Shown in pieces: positions 10,635-20,538 of a stretch of DNA of 53,416 nucleotides. Within the stretch, counting starts at the first letter, position 1, and each line of letters starts with the position of its first letter. Source of the DNA: Thermotogota bacterium. GTDB lineage: Bacteria; Thermotogota; Thermotogae; Petrotogales; Petrotogaceae. The stretch lies in the NCBI GenBank assembly GCA_051748045.1, contig JBNJGY010000008.1, forward strand, positions 1 to 53,416, given 5' to 3'. Made by a program: the position numbers and the translations under genes. The notes beneath the pieces were generated by a model. It had not been told where the DNA came from. It saw nothing but the letters and a program-made list of their open reading frames with translations, and searched no databases.

Positions 10635-11841
10635 TATTGATTTTCCTACCTTAGATAGAAAAATAGGTAATAATAATATAATATATTTTGATTCTGCAGC
10701 CACATCTTTGGTTCCAAAAAGAGTGGCTGATGCTGTTTATAATTTTGATACTAATAAAAAGGCTAATGTTCATAGATCTTCTCATTTACTTGGCAATGAA
10801 TCGACAGAAGTTATGGAATCTACAAGGGAAAGCGTTAAAAATTTCATAAACGCTAATTCTACAGATGAAGTAATTTTTACTTCAGGAACCACTATGTCAA
10901 TTAATACTTTGGCAAACTCTATTATTTCTTCTGATTTGATTAGTGACAAAGATGAAATTTTATTAACTTCTATAGAACATCATGCAAATTTAGTTCCTTG
11001 GCAACAGGTAACAAAAAATAAAAATGTTAATTTGAAATTTTACCAACCAAAAAATGGTATTATTTTAATAGAAGAGTTTATTGAGTTAGTAAATGATAAA
11101 ACAAAATTAGTTACTATAACTGGACAATCAAACGTAACAGGTCAAGAAATAGATCTTAAGAATTTAATCAAAAAAATTAAAGAGAAAAACCCAAGTACAT
11201 TAATCCATATAGACGCTGCACAACTTATTACTCATAAAAAATTAAATGTACAAGAATTAAACGTAGATTTTATTAGTTTTTCAGCACATAAAATGCTTGG
11301 ACCTACTGGAATAGGTGTTTTATGGGGTAGAAAGCAACTTTTTGAAAACATGCCACCATTTATTACCGGTGGAGAAATGATTGATAAAGTAACTTTAGAT
11401 GAAACTACTTTCAATATACTTCCTTTTAAATTTGAAGCAGGAACACCTAATATTTCTTCATTTATAGGATTTACAGAAGCAATTAATATCATAGAGGAGA
11501 TAGGACAAGAAAATATATCTCAGCATATGAAAAAACTTACAGATTATGCTTTAGAAAAAATGAATGTCATTGAAGGTTTGGAAATTTATGGGCCAAAAGA
11601 TGGATCTCATAATTCTTTAATTAGTTTTAACGTTGAAAAAATTCATCCACATGATATTGCACATATGTTAAACGACCTTGGTGGAATAGGAATAAGAAGT
11701 GGCCATCATTGTGCTCAGCCTTTAATGAAACAACTAGGAATTAAATCATCATGTAGAGTAAGTTTTAGTATTTATAATGACAAATCAGAAATAGATAAAT
11801 TTATTGAAACATTAAAAAAAATAAAGGGATGGTTATCTTGA
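10612..11841 (+). CDS. sufS: Cysteine desulfurase SufS (group II)
   Basis: YFDSAATS, EHHAN, SAHKMLGPTG, EAGTP, RSGHHCAQP. Confidence 0.95.
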   Translation: MRLNQKYNIDFPTLDRKIGNNNIIYFDSAATSLVPKRVADAVYNFDTNKKANVHRSSHLLGNESTEVMESTRESVKNFINANSTDEVIFTSGTTMSINTLANSIISSDLISDKDEILLTSIEHHANLVPWQQVTKNKNVNLKFYQPKNGIILIEEFIELVNDKTKLVTITGQSNVTGQEIDLKNLIKKIKEKNPSTLIHIDAAQLITHKKLNVQELNVDFISFSAHKMLGPTGIGVLWGRKQLFENMPPFITGGEMIDKVTLDETTFNILPFKFEAGTPNISSFIGFTEAINIIEEIGQENISQHMKKLTDYALEKMNVIEGLEIYGPKDGSHNSLISFNVEKIHPHDIAHMLNDLGGIGIRSGHHCAQPLMKQLGIKSSCRVSFSIYNDKSEIDKFIETLKKIKGWLS

Positions 11842-12263
11842 GTTTAGAAGATATTTATTCAGAAATTATTTTAGATTATGCTAAAAATACAAAAGATAAG
11901 AGAGTTATTGAAGATGCCCATGAAAAACAGGGTAAGAACCTTTCATGTGGTGATGAATTAAAAGTTTATATGAAACCAGAAAATGGAGTTATCAAAGATG
12001 TTTCTTTTGAAGGCCATGGTTGTATTATTTCCCAAGCTTCTGCAGCTATAATGTGTGATGCTATTAAAGGCAAGAAAGTCAAAGAAGCTGAAGATTTTAT
12101 TCAAGAAGTTTTAAAGATGGCTAGAGGCGAAGATTTTGATAAAGAAAAAATAGGAGAATTAGATCTTTTTGAAAATATTAAAGACTTTCCAATGAGAATT
12201 AAATGTTTTACTTTATCTTGGCATACCGCCAAAGAAGATATCGAAGAAATTAAGGAGGGTTAA
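11838..12263 (+). CDS. sufU: SufU sulfur-transfer protein
   Basis: NLSCGD, GHGCIISQAS, RIKCFTL; TTGA overlap with the sufS stop (ORF track start 11829). Confidence 0.92.
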   Translation: MSLEDIYSEIILDYAKNTKDKRVIEDAHEKQGKNLSCGDELKVYMKPENGVIKDVSFEGHGCIISQASAAIMCDAIKGKKVKEAEDFIQEVLKMARGEDFDKEKIGELDLFENIKDFPMRIKCFTLSWHTAKEDIEEIKEG

Positions 12264-12265
12264 AT

Positions 12266-12646
12266 ATGAGAAATGCAAATGATTACAATAACATCGCTTT
12301 AATTGGGGCAACTCAAAGCAAAGAGAAATATGGTAATAAAATAATGAAAAACTTAAAACAAAAGGGTTTCAATCTTTATCCCGTTACTCCAAAGTATGAC
12401 GAAGTAGAAGGGTTTAAAGCTTATTCAGATATTTCTGAATTACCAGATGATACAGATGTTTTAGTATTTGTTGTTCCTCCAAAAATAGGACTTGAAGTTA
12501 CCAAAAAAGCAAAAGACCTTGGTTTTAAAGAGCTCTGGTATCAACCAGGAGCTGAATCACACGAATTAAAAGAATATTTGGAAGATAATGGTTTAGATTA
12601 TTCTTTTGAAAAATGTATAATGGTTGAAACAGATTACAAAAAATAA
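12266..12646 (+). CDS. CoA-binding protein (YccU-like)
   Basis: IALIGA..., YPVTP, VVPP, LWYQPGAES, CIMVE. Confidence 0.88.
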   Translation: MRNANDYNNIALIGATQSKEKYGNKIMKNLKQKGFNLYPVTPKYDEVEGFKAYSDISELPDDTDVLVFVVPPKIGLEVTKKAKDLGFKELWYQPGAESHELKEYLEDNGLDYSFEKCIMVETDYKK

Positions 12647-12664
12647 TAATAATTTATTTTTAAT

Positions 12665-12693
12665 AAACACAGATGAAAATCTGTGTTTTTTTT
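12665..12693 (+). terminator. Intrinsic terminator of the suf operon
   Basis: aaacacagat-gaaa-atctgtgttt followed by a T-run. Confidence 0.85.
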
Positions 12694-12729
12694 ATTTTTT
12701 TTATGATATAATAATATTGATATTATATT

Positions 12730-12760
12730 AATGTTGTTATACACTTCAATTAACAACATT
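12730..12760. promoter_or_regulatory. 10-bp perfect inverted repeat just downstream of an extended -10 (TGaTATAAT, 12704-12712)
   Basis: aatgttgtta-11nt-taacaacatt. Confidence 0.45.
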
Positions 12761-12808
12761 TGAGTATTTTTTTATGAAAATTATCGGGAAATGGCAGGAG
12801 GTGGTAAC

Positions 12809-13285
12809 ATGAAAAAGTTATTAGTTGTTTTTATAGTCTTCACTTTCTTTATTATTTCTTTTTCTTTTAATGTAGGTGCTCTTGGGGGAATTGAATTAGG
12901 AGGAAGAGAAAGAGTTTATTTAGGTGGAAGAGTAACTATGTTAGGATTTCCGTTAGGTCTTTCTGGAGATATATATTTACCAATGGCCTCTTTTGACGAA
13001 GCTTCAGATGAATTAACCGAAGTAAGATTTCTAGAAGTAGACCCATATTTACTATTGAGTTTAAAACTTGGTAATACATATTTGTATGGTGGAGCTGCAC
13101 CTATTTTTATTTTTGATATTGAGCAAACTGGTTTTAGTTTCTATGATGGATGGGCAAAACTTAAAGCCGGTCTTCAATTTGGAAAATTATTGATTTTCTT
13201 TGTTGAGGGCACAAGTTCTATTAATTTTGATTTTGAGTTGTCGGGAATTTATTCTGTTCATGCAGGCATTGGAATAGGATTTTAA
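12809..13285 (+). CDS. Putative small outer-membrane beta-barrel protein
   Basis: Signal peptide, Gly/aromatic alternating strands, C-terminal YSVHAGIGIGF; SD GGAGGTG (ORF track start 12791). Confidence 0.6.
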   Translation: MKKLLVVFIVFTFFIISFSFNVGALGGIELGGRERVYLGGRVTMLGFPLGLSGDIYLPMASFDEASDELTEVRFLEVDPYLLLSLKLGNTYLYGGAAPIFIFDIEQTGFSFYDGWAKLKAGLQFGKLLIFFVEGTSSINFDFELSGIYSVHAGIGIGF

Positions 13286-13297
13286 GGGGGGATTTAT

Positions 13298-14389
13298 ATG
13301 AAAAATAAAGTTATTTACCTCTCAGTAATTATTATTTTAGGAATTTTTTTAATATCTTGTGCAGATTTAAAAATAACATCATCTAACGTGACTGAAGACG
13401 CTGACGCTGTAGATTTGAATTCATCCCAGAAAACTTCTTGGAGAGATGATTTTATTATTAATGGAGATATAGATAAAAGTGGATTTTTGACTCCTGTAGC
13501 AATTGAAGATTATATTAGATTAAAAGTAAGTATCCCAGGTGAAGAAGTTGACCTTGTGGAATCAGAAGTTTATTTATTTGAAGATGAAAATAAGAAAGGT
13601 TATGTAATAGATAAATTATCTGATGTTAAATCAAAAACTGATATATCTATTATATTAGATGCAACTGGTAGTATGGGTGGTGCTATTACAGGTGTTAAAA
13701 ACAGTATAGTATCATTTTCTGATTCTTTAGAAACTTCTGGACTTGATGTTCAAGTTTCAGTCATTCCATATAACGATTATGGGCCAGCTCAAAATACAGC
13801 TGGAGATTATACTTATGACCCCTCATGGAAAAATTTGGACACCCCTTCAAATATAAAAGATTATGTAGAAAATAATATTTTTGCTTATGGTGGTGCTGGT
13901 ACTCCTGAAAATCCATATGAAGCACTTTTATTTGCATGGAACAACATATCTTGGAGAGGTGGAGCTGAAAGATTGTTTATCTTAATAACAGATGCTACAT
14001 CACATTATACAGATGATGGCCTCGCTGATGGAGGTAGAACAGATTCTGAATGGCTTGAAAAATCTGATGTTCTTATGAAAATTAAAAATAGAGGAGTTAT
14101 TCATTCAGTCGTAGTTCCAGGTTATAGCTATAGTATATCTGATCCAGAATCAGATTATGAAGACCCTGATGATGTTAGAAGTTTGTCTACAGAAACTTCT
14201 GGATTGATACTTTATACTGACGGTGGGGGAAATGTAGATTTGGAAAGTATTGGAATTATAGAAGCTCTAACAAACACTTATATTGTTACTTTTAAGAGTA
14301 CTTCAGCCCAAGAAACACATAAATTGGAACTCTATGTTGAAAAAGATAGTCTACAAGGAAAATTAATTTTAAATGATATTGAGTATTAA
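13298..14389 (+). CDS. VWA-domain lipoprotein
   Basis: Lipobox LISC; MIDAS-like IILDATGSMG, GG..PEN, ILITDA. Confidence 0.85.
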   Translation: MKNKVIYLSVIIILGIFLISCADLKITSSNVTEDADAVDLNSSQKTSWRDDFIINGDIDKSGFLTPVAIEDYIRLKVSIPGEEVDLVESEVYLFEDENKKGYVIDKLSDVKSKTDISIILDATGSMGGAITGVKNSIVSFSDSLETSGLDVQVSVIPYNDYGPAQNTAGDYTYDPSWKNLDTPSNIKDYVENNIFAYGGAGTPENPYEALLFAWNNISWRGGAERLFILITDATSHYTDDGLADGGRTDSEWLEKSDVLMKIKNRGVIHSVVVPGYSYSISDPESDYEDPDDVRSLSTETSGLILYTDGGGNVDLESIGIIEALTNTYIVTFKSTSAQETHKLELYVEKDSLQGKLILNDIEY

Positions 14390-14416
14390 AAAAAGGGTTA
14401 GCCAAATGGCTAACCC
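14388..14416 (-). terminator. Terminator between the convergent VWA gene and rpoD
   Basis: gggttagcca-aa-tggctaaccc with an A-run on the left (U-tract for the - strand). Confidence 0.8.
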
Positions 14417-14422
14417 GATTTA

Positions 14423-15661
14423 TTATCCATCTACTATGTCTCTTAGTTGTGAGCTTCTACTTGGATGTCTTAATTTTCTGAGAGCTTTTGTTTCTATTTG
14501 TCTAATTCTTTCTCTAGTTACATTAAAGAATTGACCAACTTCTTCAAGTGTTTTTTGTTTTCCATCTAGAAAGCCATATCTCATTTTTAATACTAAGGCT
14601 TCTTTTGGATGTAAAGTATCTAAAACTTCTTCTAATTTTTCTTTTAAGATCATTTGTTGGGCTACTTCTTCAGGAGTCATGTCTTCAGAACCAATAAAGT
14701 CTCCAGTTTCAGATTCATCATCGTCTCCATTACCAGATGAAATGGGAGAATTTAAAGAGATAATATCTTTCGCACTCATAAGTATTTCGTTGACTTTTTC
14801 TACGGTCTTGTCCATTTTTTTTGATAACTCTTCGGCTGTTGGATATTCTCCATATTCTTGTAAATATTCTCTAATGAGTTTATTCATCTTATTGATAGTT
14901 TCAACCATATGAACTGGTATTCTTATTGTCCTTGCTTGGTCCGCGATTGCTCTGGTTATAGCTTGTCTTATCCACCATGTTGCATATGTTGAAAATTTAA
15001 ATCCTTTTTTCCAATCAAACTTTTTAACTGCTTTTATAAGCCCTATATTGCCTTCTTGTATTAAGTCTAAAAAACTAAGTCCTCTTCCGGTATATCTTTT
15101 TGCTATACTTATTACTAATCTTAAATTAGCCCTTATCAATTCGTCTCTAGCTTTTCTATCATTTTTTTGAGCTCTTCTTGCAAGCTGTCTCTCTCTTGCT
15201 GGAGTTAATAAATTTACTTTTGATATCTCTTTAAGATAAATTTTAATTGGATCTCCCAAAGATATGTTATCATACATTTTTAATTCAAAGTCACCATAAA
15301 TTTCTAACATATCTTCTTTTTCTTCATCACTTGTTTCATCCATTTCTTCTTCTGTTTCATCGCTTATATTGATACCACTTTCTTCTAAAGCTGAGTAAAT
15401 TTTTTCAATAAAATCACTATCAATTTCGTCTGAGGTTTCAGCAGGAATTGCTTCATCGATATCTGAATAATCAAGGGTATTATCTTTTTTCTTGGCTTTT
15501 CTTTTTAATGATTTTATTATTGTGTCTACATCTTTAAGTTTTTTCTTATTTTTCTTTTTTACTTTTACAACAGCCTCGTCGCCTTCTTCTTTTACGTCTT
15601 CTAAATCAATATTTCCTAATTGCGAGATAATTTTATCTGTATCTTTTTTCTTTTTAGCCAT
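14423..15661 (-). CDS. rpoD: Primary RNA polymerase sigma factor RpoD/SigA
   Basis: [72 protein letters not shown]. Confidence 0.97.
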   Translation of the reverse strand: MAKKKKDTDKIISQLGNIDLEDVKEEGDEAVVKVKKKNKKKLKDVDTIIKSLKRKAKKKDNTLDYSDIDEAIPAETSDEIDSDFIEKIYSALEESGINISDETEEEMDETSDEEKEDMLEIYGDFELKMYDNISLGDPIKIYLKEISKVNLLTPARERQLARRAQKNDRKARDELIRANLRLVISIAKRYTGRGLSFLDLIQEGNIGLIKAVKKFDWKKGFKFSTYATWWIRQAITRAIADQARTIRIPVHMVETINKMNKLIREYLQEYGEYPTAEELSKKMDKTVEKVNEILMSAKDIISLNSPISSGNGDDDESETGDFIGSEDMTPEEVAQQMILKEKLEEVLDTLHPKEALVLKMRYGFLDGKQKTLEEVGQFFNVTRERIRQIETKALRKLRHPSRSSQLRDIVDG

Positions 15662-15747
15662 AAATATCCCCCTTTTTTTAGCCTCATTTAATTAGACTCT
15701 TTTTTTTTGAAAATGTTCATATTTAATACTATTTTAATATATTTATC

Positions 15748-15776
15748 TTGACTTAGCAAATCAAAAATGCTATAAT
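15748..15776 (+). promoter_or_regulatory. Sigma70 promoter of tRNA-Gln(CUG)
   Basis: TTGACT-17nt-TATAAT with TG extension. Confidence 0.85.
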
Positions 15777-15791
15777 TTTTTACGTTCAAAT

Positions 15792-15865
15792 TGGGGGATC
15801 GTCTAATGGCAAGACATCGGACTCTGACTCCGAGAATGGGGGTTCGAATCCTCCTCTCCCAACCA
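15792..15865 (+). tRNA. tRNA-Gln (anticodon CTG)
   Basis: Acceptor TGGGGGA/TCTCCCA; anticodon arm tcgga-ctCTGac-tccga; T-loop TTCGAAT; encoded CCA. Confidence 0.95.
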
Positions 15866-15868
15866 TTT

Positions 15869-15908
15869 AAAATAAAAGAAGCTGATTTTTTCAGCTTCTT
15901 TTATTTTA
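15869..15908 (+). terminator. Terminator after tRNA-Gln
   Basis: aaaataaaagaagctga...tcagcttcttttatttt. Confidence 0.85.
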
Positions 15909-15993
15909 TAGTTTTTGTTAAATTATAAATTCAATTTTGTTTCATATTTTAATTTACATTAATTTTTAATTAAAAAAACAAAAGCTTTAAAAA

Positions 15994-16007
15994 TTAGGGT
16001 TGCCTAA
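15994..16007. promoter_or_regulatory. DtxR/MntR/SirR-type operator upstream of feo
   Basis: TTAGG-gttg-CCTAA palindrome. Confidence 0.6.
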
Positions 16008-16060
16008 GATTATTATATTTGCTAAAATATAGATACAACATCAAAAAGGAGATGGCCATC

Positions 16061-16528
16061 TTGAAAATAAATTTGAATCAACTAAAAGAAGGAATAGAAG
16101 CTAAAATATTATCTATTGAAACTAATAATAGAGATAGAGAAAGATTATATGCCTTGGGTTTAAAACCAGGCAAAAATATAAAATTATTTCACGTATCTCC
16201 ATTTAATGATCCAAAAATATTCAAAATAGATGAAAATAAGATTATGCTTAGAAATAGTGAAGCTTCAAGAATTTTTGTAGAAACTTCTGATGATGTGATG
16301 GATTTGAATTCTGCACCTAATGGATTTTATAAAATCCACAGATTCAATGGAGGAAATTTTTTCAGCAGAAAAATGCATCAAAAAGATTTATCAGAAGGGG
16401 AAAAAATACATAAAGAAAACAACCATCAAATTTTAATTATTGATAAAAATAAAAATATTTCTTTAGGCAAAGGGGAATTAAATAAAATTTTAGTAACCCC
16501 AGTAAAAAAAGGAGCTGAAAAACGTTGA
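16061..16528 (+). CDS. feoA: FeoA family protein with tandem FeoA/SH3-like domains (second one degenerate)
   Basis: RLYALGLKPG, SPFNDP, IMLRNSEA; second repeat ISLGKG..NKILV; TTG start after SD AAGGAG (ORF track start 16019). Confidence 0.85.
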   Translation: MKINLNQLKEGIEAKILSIETNNRDRERLYALGLKPGKNIKLFHVSPFNDPKIFKIDENKIMLRNSEASRIFVETSDDVMDLNSAPNGFYKIHRFNGGNFFSRKMHQKDLSEGEKIHKENNHQILIIDKNKNISLGKGELNKILVTPVKKGAEKR

Positions 16529-16755
16529 ATATTCAAGCAATAACATCTTATATAAAAAATGAATCTGTATCTTCATTATTTGAGATAAAAGAAAGGTTTA
16601 ATTTGACAGATAAACAATTAAATATTTTAATACCTTTTATTTCTCATATGGGAATATCTATTAATCAAGCAACTGTTCAAGATTGTGACAGTTGTTCTAT
16701 AAAAAAATATTGTACAAAAAAAACTTGTGGAATAAAAGGTGATTTGCATGGCTAA
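16525..16755 (+). CDS. FeoC-like small protein with a Cys-rich C-terminus
   Basis: wHTH-like N-terminus, CDSC-x5-C-x4-C; overlaps both feoA and feoB. Confidence 0.6.
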   Translation: MNIQAITSYIKNESVSSLFEIKERFNLTDKQLNILIPFISHMGISINQATVQDCDSCSIKKYCTKKTCGIKGDLHG

Positions 16756-18697
16756 AGAAATTGCTTTAATAGGTAACCCTAACGTGGGTAAAACTTCTAT
16801 TTTTAATCTATTAACAGGAACTAGACAGTATGTAGCTAATTGGCCTGGGGTTACAGTAGAAAGAAAAGTTGGTATTTCAAATATTAATGGACAAAAATAC
16901 AGAATTGTTGATTTACCAGGTATTTATACTTTATCTGCTAATTCAGAAGATGAAAAAGTTGCAAGAGACTTTTTTATTAACGAAGCTCCTGATACAGTGG
17001 TATTAATCGCTGATGCTTTAAATTTAGAAAGAACTTTTTATCTTTTACTTCAATTGATAGAAATGAACTTACCAGTTATATTAGCTATTAATTCTATTGA
17101 TGAAGCAGAAGAAAAAAACAAAATTATAAATACTGAAATTATTTCAAAAACTCTTAATATACCTGTTGTTTTAACTTCAGCAAAAAAGAATACAGGTATA
17201 GATGATTTGAGAAACCAAATTGAATCAGTGAATAAAAAAGAAAAAGATATATATTATGATATAAGCTATCCAGATAAAATTAATGATTTTATTAGAGAAA
17301 CAGAAGAAATATTTGAAAAAGATCCTGATTTGAATTATTATAACAAAAAATGGTTAGCACTAAATATTATCGAGTTTGGCTTAGAAAACTCTCTTTTAAA
17401 GGATGAAACCAAAGAAGAAATTTCTTCGAAATATGATGTCGAAAAATTACAAGAAGATTATATAAATTGGAAATTTGAATTTATTAGTTCTCTTTCAGAA
17501 ACTTCTTATTTATCAAAAGGTATAGATTGGTCTTTAAGAGATATGTTAGATCATGTTTTCACGCATAAAATATTGGGTATTTTCATATACATTTTAGCAC
17601 TTTTTATGATATTTTCTCTTACCTTCACGGTTTCAGCACCTTTATCAGATTTATTGGACATGGGCTTTGGATCTTTAGCTGATATGGTTAGTAATGCAAT
17701 TAATATAGATTGGTTAAGTTCGTTGCTTGCTGAAGGAATAATTAGTGGTGTTGGTGGAGTTTTAGTTTTTATTCCTCAGATTTTTACCCTCTTTTTCTTT
17801 ATGGGTTTTCTTGAAGAATCTGGTTACTTGCCAAGAGCTGCTTTTTTGGTTGATAAATTAGTTAGGAAATTTGGGTTAAGTGGTCGTTCTTTTATGTCTA
17901 TAATTTTAGGATTTGGGTGTAATGTCCCTGCAATAATGTCTGCTAAAGCTGTTTCAAATAAAAGAGAAAGACTTGCTTTAATATTATCTATCCCTTTTGC
18001 ATCTTGTAGTGCTAGGCTACCAGTTTATATATTATTAATAAGTGCATTTTTCTCGACAAGTGCAGCAACTATAATGCTTTTAGTATATGTAAGCAGTATT
18101 TTTTTAGTACTTATTTCTGCAAAAATAATTGAAGTTTTTATAAAAGATAAAGAAACTATTCCTTTTACGATAGAAATGCCTAGATTTAGAATGCCTACTT
18201 TAAGAAATTTAATATTATATACTTGGAACAAAGGTAAACATTTCTTAGAAAAAGCTGGAGGTATTATATTAATAGCTTCTATTCTTGTTTGGGTTTTATC
18301 TTATTTTCCTAATATGGGGCAAGATATAACAAATTCTTATGCAGCTAGTATTGGTAAGTTTTTTGAACCATTGACAAAACATTTGGAATGGGATTGGAGA
18401 ATTAACACAGGTTTATTCTTTGGTGTAGCAGCTAAAGAAATTGTAGTTTCTACATATTCAACATTATATGCTGGAAGTTCTTCGTTAATAGATGGATTAA
18501 GATTAGCTTTATCCCCTCAATCAGCATTAGCTCTTATTTTCTTTGTTTTAGGATATGTTCCTTGTTTTGCTACACTAGGTGTAATAAAATCAGAAACTAA
18601 AAGTTATAAATTAGTTATTTTTACTTTATTTTACACAACAATAGTTGCTTATTTACTAGCCAATATTGTTTACTATGTAAGTGGGTGGATATTATGA
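16748..18697 (+). CDS. feoB: Ferrous iron transporter FeoB
   Basis: GNPNVGKT, NWPGVTVE, DLPGIY, GFGCNVPA, SCSARLP, PCFAT (ORF track start 16739). Confidence 0.97.
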   Translation: MAKEIALIGNPNVGKTSIFNLLTGTRQYVANWPGVTVERKVGISNINGQKYRIVDLPGIYTLSANSEDEKVARDFFINEAPDTVVLIADALNLERTFYLLLQLIEMNLPVILAINSIDEAEEKNKIINTEIISKTLNIPVVLTSAKKNTGIDDLRNQIESVNKKEKDIYYDISYPDKINDFIRETEEIFEKDPDLNYYNKKWLALNIIEFGLENSLLKDETKEEISSKYDVEKLQEDYINWKFEFISSLSETSYLSKGIDWSLRDMLDHVFTHKILGIFIYILALFMIFSLTFTVSAPLSDLLDMGFGSLADMVSNAINIDWLSSLLAEGIISGVGGVLVFIPQIFTLFFFMGFLEESGYLPRAAFLVDKLVRKFGLSGRSFMSIILGFGCNVPAIMSAKAVSNKRERLALILSIPFASCSARLPVYILLISAFFSTSAATIMLLVYVSSIFLVLISAKIIEVFIKDKETIPFTIEMPRFRMPTLRNLILYTWNKGKHFLEKAGGIILIASILVWVLSYFPNMGQDITNSYAASIGKFFEPLTKHLEWDWRINTGLFFGVAAKEIVVSTYSTLYAGSSSLIDGLRLALSPQSALALIFFVLGYVPCFATLGVIKSETKSYKLVIFTLFYTTIVAYLLANIVYYVSGWIL

Positions 18698-19056
18698 ATG
18701 CAAAATTAAGTATTATGAGTTTATTAAGTTTTGCTTTATCAGGAATTTATGTATTTAGTAACTTGTTCTATTCTTTTACACTTTTTATTATAGGTTTTGT
18801 CTTCATTTGGGGAGTATTCAAAAATAAAAATATTTGGTATCATAGTTCTGCTCATCTTGTAGTCGGAACAATTATGGGAGTAGTATTAGCATTTTATGAG
18901 TTAATTTATTTTTTATCAAATATATTAGTTTTCTTTATGGAAAACACTGATTTCCCATCTATAGAATATTTTGTTATTTTATTTGGTATCTTTTCTTATA
19001 TATTATTTAAGATTGAATTACATCATTTAAAAGAAAGAAAGAATCAAATTAATTAA
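18694..19056 (+). CDS. Small multi-pass membrane protein coupled to feoB
   Basis: ATGA overlap with the feoB stop; about 4 hydrophobic segments. Confidence 0.7.
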   Translation: MNAKLSIMSLLSFALSGIYVFSNLFYSFTLFIIGFVFIWGVFKNKNIWYHSSAHLVVGTIMGVVLAFYELIYFLSNILVFFMENTDFPSIEYFVILFGIFSYILFKIELHHLKERKNQIN

Positions 19057-19074
19057 ATTGCAACATTTAAAATC

Positions 19075-19103
19075 TTGAACATTATTTATAATTATGATAT
19101 AAT
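19075..19103 (+). promoter_or_regulatory. Sigma70 promoter of tRNA-Trp
   Basis: TTGAAC-17nt-TATAAT with TG extension. Confidence 0.8.
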
Positions 19104-19116
19104 TAACTTCGGTATT

Positions 19117-19192
19117 ACGCCTGTAGCTCAATTGGCAGAGCGGCGGTCTCCAAAATCGCAGGTTGGGGGTTCGATTCCCTCCGGGCGTGCCA
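19117..19192 (+). tRNA. tRNA-Trp (anticodon CCA)
   Basis: Acceptor ACGCCTG/CGGGCGT; anticodon arm gcggt-ctCCAaa-atcgc; TTCGATT; CCA end. Confidence 0.95.
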
Positions 19193-19197
19193 TATAT

Positions 19198-19224
19198 AAG
19201 TCAGCTTTTTAGCTGACTTTTTTT
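19198..19224 (+). terminator. Terminator after tRNA-Trp
   Basis: aagtcagct-ttt-agctgactt followed by a T-run. Confidence 0.85.
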
Positions 19225-19388
19225 GTTTTTTTAATGTTTATACACGTTTTTTCTCTTTTCTTTGGAATAATTACGTTTTTTGCGTGAAATTAACTAGATT
19301 TTTAGCTTTTAAAAAATGATTTTTTATTGTAGAATATAGATGTTATTGAAAAATATTTCAAGAAAATTTTTTCAAGGGAGGTTTTTTC

Positions 19389-20537
19389 ATGGCTAAAATG
19401 ATTAGAAAAAACTATTTGATGGCACCAGGACCAACACCAGTACCAACAGACATATTGTTAGAAGGGGCAAGAGACACAATTCACCATAGAACCCCTCAAT
19501 ATTTAGAAATTCAAAAGAAAGCTATTGATGGTTGTCAATATCTCTTCCAAACAAAACAACCTGTTTACATACTTTCATCATCAGGATCAGGTGCAATGGA
19601 AACTGCAGTTGCAAATTTGATTAATCCTGGAGATAAAGCAATTTCTGTAAACTCAGGAAAATTTGGTGAAAGATGGGGAGAAATTTGTAGAGCTTTCGAA
19701 GCAGATTTAGATGAAATAGAATTAGAATGGGGTAGTATGGTAAAACCAGAACAAATAAAAGAAGCTTTAGAGAAAAATCCTGATACTAAAGCAGTCTTCA
19801 CAACTTTATCAGAAACTTCAACTGGAACTGTCCACCCTATAGAAGAAATAGCAAAAATAGTGAAAGAATATGACGCAGTATTAGTTGTCGATGCTATTTC
19901 AGGTTTATTAGCTCAGCCATTAAAAATGGACGACTGGGGTGTTGATGTAGTTTTAACTGGAGTTCAAAAAGGGTTCATGATGCCTCCAGGAATAGCTTTG
20001 ATTTCAGCGTCTGAAAAAGCTATGAAAATAATCAATGAAAATAAAAACAACAAATACTATTTTGATTTAAAAGCTTATGCGAAAAAATATCCAGATTCTC
20101 CTTGGACTCCACCAATTAATTTGGTTTATCAATTAGCAAAAGCTGTTGAAATGTTAGAAGAAGAAACAATTGAAGGTTTATGGGAAAGACATGATTTAAT
20201 GGCAAAAGCTACAAGAAAAGCTATGAAAGCTATGGGCCTTGAATTATTCGCAGAAAATCCTGGTAATGTTTTAACTTCTATAAGAGTTCCAGAAGGTGTA
20301 GACGGTAAAAAAATTGTTTCCTTCATGAGAGATAACTGGGGAGTTACATTTGCAGGAGGACAAGCTCATTTAAAAGGTAATATTATTAGAATTGCACATC
20401 TTGGATATATGTCACAATTTGATGTTATTATAGGAATTTCAGCTCTTGAAATGGGATTAAAAAAATTCGGATATGATTTCGAATTAGGTTCAGGAGTTAA
20501 AGCTGCTGAAGAAGTATTTATTGAGGCAGGTGTTTAA
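19389..20537 (+). CDS. Class V aminotransferase (serine-pyruvate / alanine-glyoxylate type)
   Basis: [38 protein letters not shown] (PLP Lys), RIAHLG. Confidence 0.9.
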   Translation: MAKMIRKNYLMAPGPTPVPTDILLEGARDTIHHRTPQYLEIQKKAIDGCQYLFQTKQPVYILSSSGSGAMETAVANLINPGDKAISVNSGKFGERWGEICRAFEADLDEIELEWGSMVKPEQIKEALEKNPDTKAVFTTLSETSTGTVHPIEEIAKIVKEYDAVLVVDAISGLLAQPLKMDDWGVDVVLTGVQKGFMMPPGIALISASEKAMKIINENKNNKYYFDLKAYAKKYPDSPWTPPINLVYQLAKAVEMLEEETIEGLWERHDLMAKATRKAMKAMGLELFAENPGNVLTSIRVPEGVDGKKIVSFMRDNWGVTFAGGQAHLKGNIIRIAHLGYMSQFDVIIGISALEMGLKKFGYDFELGSGVKAAEEVFIEAGV

Positions 20538-20538
20538 T

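Noticed and set aside
7228-11492. Short - strand ORFs inside the suf genes (and similar ones inside rpoD, feoB, serA-like, por, malE, SNF2 and fur)
   Set aside because: Fully overlapped by well-supported genes on the opposite strand; typical antisense open frames
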